Origin: Polymyxa betae A26-41 | Taxonomy: Eukaryota; Protista; Endomyxa: Phytomyxea | NCBI GenBank assembly: GCA_003693705.1 | Contig: RBZT01000278.1 | Coordinates: 69,347-133,346, forward strand | Direction of reading: 5' to 3' | Length of the DNA stretch: 64,000 bases | In this document: positions 55,653 to 64,000 of the stretch, piece after piece | How the letters are laid out: each line of letters opens with the position of its first letter | Position numbering within the stretch: position 1 is the first letter of the stretch | The notes under the pieces: model-generated | The model's database searches: none | The model's input: the letters and a program-made list of their open reading frames with translations, nothing else | What the model was told of the DNA's origin: nothing | Program-made: the position numbers and the translations under genes

Positions 55653-56276
55653 TTAGATATTAACTTCACGTGGAACCCATACAGCTCGACAATGAGGGCA
55701 GCGACCTGGACTAACAGGCATTTGCCCACGAAAGGAGCCCTCCAAGCAATCCAGGCAAAGTTGCCTCCCGCATTGATTACAAGCGTGCGAACCAGATTTC
55801 GATTTGCTAGCATCGTTCCGACAGATAAGACATTCCAACGACGACAAATTGATATCTCGTGAAGGACGTTTTAATGCCTCGGCAATGCGCTCAAAATGCC
55901 CCAGCCTGGTTTGATCAGCAAGTTTCATTCCAGAAATAGGGAAATCGAACTCTTTGACATCAGCTCGAAGATCTTGATAAGCAGCAAACCATTGCCGAGC
56001 GCTGTCAGCGTGCAAACACGACACTCGGAGCCAGGTATGCCATAACCATGCAATTTTACAGGAAAGCAAACATTGAATTAAAAATTCAGTTTTAGGCTTT
56101 TTCTCGTCATGTCCCGGAAGTTCCCAGTGCACAAGGAACTGTTGAATCTCCAGCTTCAAACTTGTCCAGTGTTGAAAGGAAACAGGACCTCGGATCAGAG
56201 TTACAATCGTATTATGGAAATCTTGGAGCTTAGCACTAAAAGTGGCGAACGGCTTTTCCGTATCAGGAACTGACAT
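55653..56276 (-). CDS. RING-type zinc-finger protein (intronless)
   Basis: CLIC...ACNQCGRQLCLDC...RCPHCR at C-terminus. Confidence 0.75.
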   Translation of the reverse strand: MSVPDTEKPFATFSAKLQDFHNTIVTLIRGPVSFQHWTSLKLEIQQFLVHWELPGHDEKKPKTEFLIQCLLSCKIAWLWHTWLRVSCLHADSARQWFAAYQDLRADVKEFDFPISGMKLADQTRLGHFERIAEALKRPSRDINLSSLECLICRNDASKSKSGSHACNQCGRQLCLDCLEGSFRGQMPVSPGRCPHCRAVWVPREVNI

Positions 56277-57020
56277 GTTTGACGGCAGAGCGCTAACTAG
56301 CTGGTTGGGTACTGCAGTAGAAGTCAGGAAATGGAAAGAACGGCAGTGAGGATGTGCTCCTACCATAGCAACTCTTATTAGGTTGGGCTTCAGTATCTTG
56401 GGTGCAGAAAGCCAAGGGGCTGAATGTCCAGCTCAAGGCGAGCAATATCCTGAAATCGATTGGCATGCTTTGTCTGATACTCGGGCAGTTGTCGACTGCG
56501 ATCTGCAGATTGTCGGTGTGATTGGATTATGAAATGGATGAGAAAGTAATTGTATCAGCCATGCATGTCCAGATGGGTTCCGGTATCAAAAGGGAAAGAG
56601 GAGACCTCGTCTTTGGGACATCACACTGGGCCGCATCTATAAATAGAGCCAATCACCGGTCCGGATACTTGAGCCACTGTCAGCGACAGTTTCTTTGCGC
56701 ATGGCAACGGTATGGCAAAAACATTCAAGCCGGCGCTTTCCTTGATGACGATCAGTAATTGGAAGTCAACCAAAGGATTGCAGGGAGAAGACATTTGAGA
56801 AGCTACGAAGATGACAGCTGTCATTCTCGGGAAAAAATAGGCGGATTCAATGCAATGCTGACGCTATCGCTATCTATGCTGCATGGTCTCTGTGGTTCCT
56901 ACGATAGGCCGATCTTTCCAGAGAGAGGGCTGGAAAGACGCGACCTCCCCTTGTCAAGTGAGTATCATAAGCACAGTCAGCAAGTTTAGCTGTGCTACAT
57001 TGCCAGATGTCACACAAACA

Positions 57021-58334
57021 ATGTGGCTGCTTGCTATTGTCATCATCAGTTCAATCTCTCCATCGAGCTCAGCCGATTCGTTTGTGACCACACGTAAGAA
57101 TTGCCAATCGAATGACGAGAACAGAGTTTCACTCGAGGCAGGCCTGCGAGTGTTAACGCAGAATGTCCAGTTAACGCCAGTCGTTGGAGGGACTCTCGGC
57201 CAGCAAATTGTACGAGCCGGAAAGCTAGTTGATGCAATTTTACGAGCAAATCCACCATATGATATCATCGGTTTGCAGGAGGTATGATACTTTCTCTAAA
57301 GTAAATCGATTCATTTCCGATCCGTTTTACCGCTTAGGTGTTCATGGAGCAGCCAATGCAAGTCCTAATTGATGGTAATCATTGTTTGGCTTTGCCTGAG
57401 CTTTTTTCCGATGTGCTAAAAATCAACCAGGTTTAAAACCTCGATATCCTTCAATCCTTACTGCAATTCCTGATGGAAAGAGGCTGTTTGGAAGTGGATT
57501 GTTCTTAGCATCCAAATTTCCGATCAAACGATGGACATTTCACAAGTAAGTTTTGATTGGTAGTTGAGAAGTTGCTAATTGGATTCATTGAAGATATTCA
57601 AAATCATCAGGATTCGATGCATTACAACCCAAAGGTATTGTAATTTCTGAATTCAACGTCACGGTCAATGGTGCCGTCGCCAACTTCGTTGTTGCTCTCA
57701 CTCACCAACAAGCTGGTGGGTCGTATGACATCATGACGAGCCAACTACAGGTATGCAACTGAAATCAATGTTTAGAATTTCTGAGTAATCCATTCCAGGA
57801 AGGGGGCGATAGCTTAAACGCCTTTTTGAAAAAATCCGATGCATCAATGCAGGATTATACCACTGTCATTTACATGGGTAATAACTGATAGGATACATTT
57901 TCCTGGTAATTTTTTGACAATGATATTTAGGTGATATGAATATTGACGAATGTAAGGCTAAATTTTAACCGCTTGAGTCGAGGATTGTGATTGTAGAATG
58001 CCAGTCAGCCAGCATGATTTGTACCTCGAGATGATGAAGAGAATTGGTGTAAACGCAATGGATGTTTTTGCTGCATTGAATCCACAAGATCAAGGGTTTA
58101 CATGGCCTTTAAGACCTGCCCCTGAAAGACGTCTCGACTACATATTTGGTATACCGAGTGCCGCTAATAATCCGTATGCTCAATTCCACAATGTACTGTT
58201 TCTTTCTTTGATAATAGTACAGGTGTCATTTTGAAGATGGTTCACACTATTTAAACGCCACCGTCGACCCATTGGTATATAATAATGAAACTCTATCAGA
58301 TCATTTTGGAGTTAGTTCTCAAATTGGTATTTGA
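57021..58334 (+). CDS. Secreted EEP-superfamily phosphodiesterase, sphingomyelinase C-like, multi-exon
   Basis: Signal peptide MWLLAIVIISSISPSSSA; LRVLTQNV, DIIGLQEVF, GSGLFLASKFPI, DALQPKG, THQQAG, MGDMNI, RLDYIF, LSDHFGV. Confidence 0.85.
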
Positions 58335-58594
58335 TTCTGTATTTGTAGAAACATCTGTTTGATCTCAAGTAGAAATCCGTCTCAATGGAGAATCGTCCAA
58401 TCCGTCAGATTGTGTTCCAGATTCACCACCAGTGGGGTCAGCAGCAACGTCAAATTTCTCGCTTACATTTATCTTCCTGGTCATAACATCATTGTTTCTA
58501 TGAAAATACTTCGTTTATGAACAGCAGCGCAACAACGTTTAAGATATTGTTCATTGTTATAGATGGATAATAATTAAATAAAAGTGAGATTGAT

Positions 58595-59139
58595 CTATGA
58601 GCATTCTGTACTGCAGATTGGTTTTTCAACTGGCCGTTGTTTTTTCAGAACTCTTGCTGCCCTGGATCCATCAGCAGCGACTTCTCCTTTCGGCCTACGA
58701 ACTGCAGGTTTTCTTCGAGGTTTCGGTATTGGTTTGCAAGGTGGTTGTACACCATAGGGTTCCGCTACCTGGGCGATGACAACGTTGGAATTTGAGACGG
58801 GCATCAGTATTGGCTGATCGGTCTGGACCCGAAGCGATTTAACGATCTCTTGCCGTTGCAGATATTGGACGAGTTCTTCTCTCTCGAGAGTCGTCATGAT
58901 CATGTCGCATTCGTTAAGCGGTGTGGAATGCCCCCCATACCCAGAAATACAACGACGAATTGCATCTTTCGAACTGGGTAGACATTCATCATCGGACAGT
59001 CCCATTCCTGGTTCCCAACAATCACGCATCTATATTGCAAGGGTTGATTAAATTGAAACAACTGCTTCGAGCCGAATTTTACTTCAATGTCTGGAAGAGC
59101 GATCGATTGACCTCCACTAGGCGATTGCGAATTGTTCAT
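58595..59139 (-). CDS. Hypothetical protein with basic C-terminus (may have further 5' exons)
   Basis: Two ORFs joined by GAA|gtaaaa...tatag|ATG intron; KPRRKPAVRRPK is NLS-like. Confidence 0.5.
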
Positions 59140-60117
59140 AGGATAGACTGGGATGAGATCGTCATCTTGGTCTAAAATAATCAAAAGACCGTCGCAGCGC
59201 AACTGAAGTCAAACCTGGTGGAAATGACGACTCGGTGAACACCCATTGAATTGAGCTAAAACAAGCTGCTGGCCTCAGCTTACACTCGGCATCGCAACCG
59301 CCATCGTCATCAAGGAATTCGCACTTCCTCGCCTATTGTCGATTAACACCGGAGTTTGATGGGTTTTAATTCCAGGACCTTGGGCAGTGGGCCGAATGGA
59401 GATCTCGCCTCCATGGACGTCCGGCGGCGTCCTTCAGATCACGAAACCAACACCAGGAAGAAAATCGAAAGCTGAGGGCAGAAAGAAGGCAGTGAAACAA
59501 AGACGCAGCCCTTGAGAAGCAGAAGACTGTTGAGGCTGCGCCCGTTGACTGCGAGCGGCCTTCGCTCAAGTCGAACTGCTGCACTGTAGTTGGAGCGCGA
59601 CCCGTTCTCGTCATGGCTCCTGAACGAGTGTTGGGATCCGCTTGACCATTCTCAATCAGCACGCATTGGACGCGGTTTCCACGTCCTTGGCGCGGATTCA
59701 AATGTCGGATGGACGTGCGCGACATACAGCTATCTGCAAGCTTTGCTCATACAAATTCTTGGTCTGGCTTTGCTGAAAAAAGCAGCCTGATATTTATTGA
59801 CTTGTTGAGCGATATTCGGCTGTATTCCTGAGATAGTAAGGAATGCGATTACCGCCGTCTGGCTGTTCTTTGATATATCTGATGGAGAATGATGTCAAGC
59901 GGATTGAATCGGGAGGACAGAGAATCTCCTACCCTTTATATGCCTTGCTAATAAACAAATTGGGTATCTGGGCTGTTACTTCTGACAGCCGTTCACAATC
60001 CTGACTATCCATATGTTCCGCATTCGCTGTGATCTCCTCTTCAACATCCGATATATCGCTCGCGACCATCGCTTTTCGTCTCTGCATCCGTTCAGTATGA
60101 ACCCAGATAACAGGCCG

Positions 60118-60651
60118 TCACATAACCGGTCGTGGTTTGGCATTCTGGACGTTGAATGTGCTACCCGGGAATACCACCTGTGGTCGAACTCGGGCTCGTT
60201 TGCGGCCTGAAGGCGACGGGGACTTGGCTGCAGGTTGTGGTGACTGCAACTGCATTGACGAATCCGTCCAGAAGACTGATTTCAATTGCGGCGGCAGATC
60301 AGTAGCGACATGCACCCTGGTACTGGGCCTCCAGATAATCACCGGCGATGGGGATCTCGATCGTTCTGCAGCCGAGTCATAATCGACGCTGAGATCGTCG
60401 GATTCGGGGTATTCGTCGTCAGAAGATGATTGCGATGGGGCTGTCTCGACGATTGCTTTTGACAACGAAGCTGTCGAGCTTTCGTCAATCTGTTGGCTTT
60501 CGGCGACCTCCAGCGGTGCTTGCTCATGGTCTTCGGCATCTGAAGGCGGGCGGTTGTTAAGGTCGTCTAAAAGCGAGGCGTATTGCTGAATGTCGAAGTC
60601 GATCTGAGAGAATCTGGAGTCAGCCGGTACTGGGGTTCGAGCCTGCACCAT
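60118..60651 (-). CDS. Hypothetical acidic/Ser-rich protein (possibly spliced further to ~59930)
   Basis: GC-rich ~178-aa ORF; no family recognised. Confidence 0.45.
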   Translation of the reverse strand: MVQARTPVPADSRFSQIDFDIQQYASLLDDLNNRPPSDAEDHEQAPLEVAESQQIDESSTASLSKAIVETAPSQSSSDDEYPESDDLSVDYDSAAERSRSPSPVIIWRPSTRVHVATDLPPQLKSVFWTDSSMQLQSPQPAAKSPSPSGRKRARVRPQVVFPGSTFNVQNAKPRPVM

Positions 60652-60919
60652 TGGACGTTCTCTGAGGAAGCGCCATTTGATGCCAATGAGATTGTTGCGC
60701 CAAGCTGCCGGCGTCCTGCGACGTCGCATTTGCAACAGAATCGACGATCGATCGTATCTTCACGTACTCGCTCAGTTTCATGACTTTTACCTTTTACGAA
60801 AATATGTAACGATGAAATTTAAAAAAAAAAAATTTTTGGTCAAAAAAATATCACATAGAGAACTTTCTAGAGGCAATATTCAAGAAGGGGGTTTATCTTG
60901 GTGCAAATCGGACAGTCAT

Positions 60920-62599
60920 TTAAAGAACTACAGGCTTGAATTGTGCCACAAAGCTGGTCTCGTCTGTCTGACAGATCTCGGCCATAGCTTTAAGAAGTTC
61001 GGGTTCCTGAAAGTCGTTCTGCTTTAAACGAATCTGATACTTGAGCGCGACCTCATACGAGCCGCTCTTAGTATCAACAAGCCGGATGGGATGCTCACCG
61101 ATATCATCCAATTTGTTCAGGTCAAGATCGTATGAAACAATACTGCTGCCTTTCAGACAAACCATCTGACCGCTACCTCCTTCAATCAAATAACGTGCAG
61201 CGCCATATCCTAAAAAGTCAGAACATCAGATGTAAATTGGAGCTACTCATACCTAAGTCCCTAAGAGAGCAGCGAATTTCAGAAATAAAAACGATAAGAA
61301 AAAATGAGTCCGACCTAGCGAGGTTGATATCAGTAGAGTTGGGCGGTGCCGAACGAACTTCAGATCCGATGGCGCTTGAACAGACTGTTAGGTTGATTCC
61401 TTTCCGGGTCAGCCGCTCGCAGATTTGATCCCGAATCACTTTTGAGAACATCCCGTATCTGCAAGACAAGCATTAACCCCTTACAGATCCATCGTATAGC
61501 TATTACCCTTCAGTGACAGAGCCGAAAAGCGTTCGAACTTCAGTATCTGGCAGCTTATCAATTATTCCTTCGGTTAAGATCTGAAATCTTGGGTGAATTC
61601 GGCGAAAACCATGGAGTTCCACCAATTTACAATGACACCATAGTCGCGACCCAGCGCCAATCTCTTGATCATCGTGGATTCGATGATATCAAGAATCTTT
61701 TTGACATCGACTTCGCCCTTTGTGAATTCCTCCGGAATCAACGTCAATGTCGCAGCTGCACCCTACCCGCGAGAATCATTGAAAAAACATCCAATCTAGC
61801 GACGGAAGAATTCAAACCTTCCCAATGCCTTCCGCAAGATGACCTGCGCGTTGGCCGATGACATTGATTATGTACCAACGTCCCAGGGTTCGAGCATCAA
61901 CTCTACGCTCTAATAAGTCTTACAAAAATAAAACATCTGACAGATGCAAACTTGTAGTTCTGACAAAGTGCAACACCAGTATCCCGAGCTGTAGTAAATC
62001 CAAAAGTGATACATTCAGGAGGCATCTAAACATAAACCATTTAGCGGTGGACACCATTATATAGCACATTTGTACAGGAAGGTCATTATAAACAGTTTTG
62101 GGCGTATGAGCAATAGATAGTTCCAGTGCAGCAGCGCTGGCAGCTTGATAAACGAGATGCGACGAATACGCGGTCTCAACACCACCGATTGTCACCAGAT
62201 AGCGAACGCGCAGGAACTCAAGCGAGCGAAGGACGTTGTCTACTTCCTGGGAGGTCGATAGCTGACGCCTGTGGAGAATCAATTTCAAGAACTACAATAC
62301 CGATATGCCCGTACTTGCTGGTAAACAAAATCGAACCGGCTTGCGAATGAATCGAAGATACATTCTGGTAGTTTAAAGGCATAACACAGCCCTGGGTCTG
62401 GCCTTGCATGATACGCTTGAATCCCCATTTAATTCCAATCACATCTGAGAGTCGATTCAGCGACAGTGTGGGCAGGCAGCAGTCCCTTACCAAGGCCGTT
62501 ATTCAGCGCCTCGATAGTGACCGCAGAGATCACTGAGTTAATGCCTGGAGCGGGTGATCCAGCCACGAGGATGGCCAGGACGTTGCTGCGAATATCCAT
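60920..62599 (-). CDS. Short-clade PPi-dependent phosphofructokinase homolog with substituted catalytic motifs
   Basis: LAILVAGSPAPGINSVISAVTIEALN, GSILFTS, LVTIGGVETAYS, HTPKTVYNDLP, TFGFTTAR, VIGQRAGHL, TLIPEEF, IGSEVRSAPP. Confidence 0.88.
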
Positions 62600-62897
62600 G
62601 ACGTCTACTCTTGAAACACAGTGAACCTTATGACTTATGAGTGTAATCGAGATTCGGGCAACTTATTGGTCATATTCGCTGCGGATATGATGACATCTTT
62701 TTTGTGCGTACTCTCTGTCTACCATCGTCGTTTTTCACATTTCCTTTTTTATTGATTTTATAAACTCCTTCATAATTCTTCAAATCTACGTATCCTTTCA
62801 TTATTATTACTTAGTCAATAAATTCATCGGACCCTTTCTTTTATTCATCTATTTCGCAAGTTTCCTTAATACACACCGTTTGACTAACTTATATGAT

Positions 62898-63227
62898 ATG
62901 GATTCCCAAACAGTGCCACCTTATAGCTGTCCAAAATCCAAGAAGCTGAACGTCACTGTCTGGAGTCGATATAATGATGGCGATGACCCCTATCGTCACA
63001 GGAAAGACAAGGTTCCCTCATCATTGTCATTGCCTACGATGAACCGAAGCTTGGTGATTAATAACCCCCTTCAGCCCCAACCTATTCTTGTTGTTGCAGA
63101 CCCAGAATCAAACATCGTTTTGCTCACACTCGACGCAGCAGGAGCGGCAGTCGGACATGTAAATCGTCAAGGCCAAGCCAGTATGATGATCATTTCCAAC
63201 TCGACTTACAAGAAGATACCCGCGTAG
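62898..63227 (+). CDS. Small hypothetical protein
   Basis: 109-aa ORF divergent from the PFK-like gene; no homology recognised. Confidence 0.3.
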   Translation: MDSQTVPPYSCPKSKKLNVTVWSRYNDGDDPYRHRKDKVPSSLSLPTMNRSLVINNPLQPQPILVVADPESNIVLLTLDAAGAAVGHVNRQGQASMMIISNSTYKKIPA

Positions 63228-63572
63228 TCGAAATACTATTTGGAGCCGGTGCTATCCTGGTCAAAAGGCTTAACAGTCAAGGTCTAGTGATTTGTTTTAC
63301 CAATGTGGTTAACTAAAATTCGCTCCAGTTCCTATCACGTTCCATAAACTGCGACGACGCGCCTTTTTTTGACCAATTTTTTGTTCAATGTTCAATTAAA
63401 CGTTCAATTCCGTAAACTAGCGCATTTTTGTTTTATTTAACTTTCTGCCTGGGCATAGCGCTCCAGGATTTCGTATACCTGTTCTGTATAATGCTTGTCC
63501 TTCTTCATGTGGTAAGCAATCTCCATTGCCGAGAGGTGATCCCTGCAGAATTAATTAATAAGGATGATGGTC

Positions 63573-64000
63573 TTATGATTGAGATTTTAGGAGTACGTAC
63601 CAGTCGTAAAACCCGAATTTTGCTATTCGTACGCCCCATTTAAGAATGTCAGCTATGCTGTCGTAATCGCACTCGATTTCAGAAATCTTAGCAGCAACAG
63701 CAGATATAATTTTTTGGAGCATATGGCGTGGAGTGAAAATAACAGTCTTGCTGAAGGCTGATGATCGGTAGTCTTGGAGCTGGATCGTAGGTATCTTTTT
63801 GGAGATATCAATCATTTCAGGTTCAGCTGCCAACCATCGTGCAGCTCTTTGCAGCAGTGCACGTTGTGGCGTTAGAGGGATGTAGTATTCATCAATAAAC
63901 TCTGCTGCGATTAGACAACAGTTGCAATCCTTTTCGCAGAGAGAAACTGGAACTTCGCGTTCGTGTTCGAATAGCAGCTGCTGTCTGAATATTCCATCTT
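63573..64000 (-). CDS. 3' end of a hypothetical protein entering from beyond the window
   Basis: Frame open from the window edge (DGIFRQQLFEHEREVPVSLCEKDCNCC...) to the stop at 63573. Confidence 0.5.
   Translation of the reverse strand, partial: DGIFRQQLLFEHEREVPVSLCEKDCNCCLIAAEFIDEYYIPLTPQRALLQRAARWLAAEPEMIDISKKIPTIQLQDYRSSAFSKTVIFTPRHMLQKIISAVAAKISEIECDYDSIADILKWGVRIAKFGFYDWYVLLKSQS

Noticed and set aside
56522-56989. Two in-frame ORFs separated by one TAA (possible readthrough or recoding)
   Set aside because: No recognisable protein, and TAA is a normal stop in PSMB1 and PSMC6
59366-59790. Short ORFs on both strands between two hypothetical genes
   Set aside because: No consistent splice model or homology, so no feature can be supported

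Overview
Gene-dense eukaryotic nuclear DNA, not prokaryotic. Nearly all genes are broken by very short (~40-60 nt) GT-AG introns, so the ORF track shows exon fragments; I re-spliced them by eye and boundaries are approximate. Gene content (class I PI3K, calcyphosin-like and TPR proteins, CENP-E kinesin, Naegleria-type PFK, moderate GC, tiny introns, TTTAGGG-like motifs) suggests a flagellated protist, plausibly a phytomyxid such as Spongospora/Polymyxa (inference only). About 33 protein genes. Housekeeping: SWAP splicing factor, PI3K, SERF, sphingosine-1-P lyase, PSMB1, ECD, BRO1, HPS5/Vps-like RING, PSMC6, kinesin-7. The most unusual items are: (1) an FHA domain fused to the whole post-ATPase half of a CHD7/Kismet-type remodeller, with no ATPase or chromodomains; (2) a PPi-phosphofructokinase whose catalytic motifs are all substituted (pseudo-PFK); (3) an intron-containing bacterial-type EttA with a mitochondrial-like presequence; (4) three intronless Con-10/KGG stress-protein genes; (5) a giant RING/coiled-coil/Pro-rich/tail-anchor protein; (6) a secreted sphingomyelinase-C-like enzyme; (7) a stand-alone TOPLESS-like LisH-CTLH gene; (8) a tandem Nudix protein with a degenerate Nudix box. 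No rRNA, tRNA, CRISPR array or intact mobile element was recognised.
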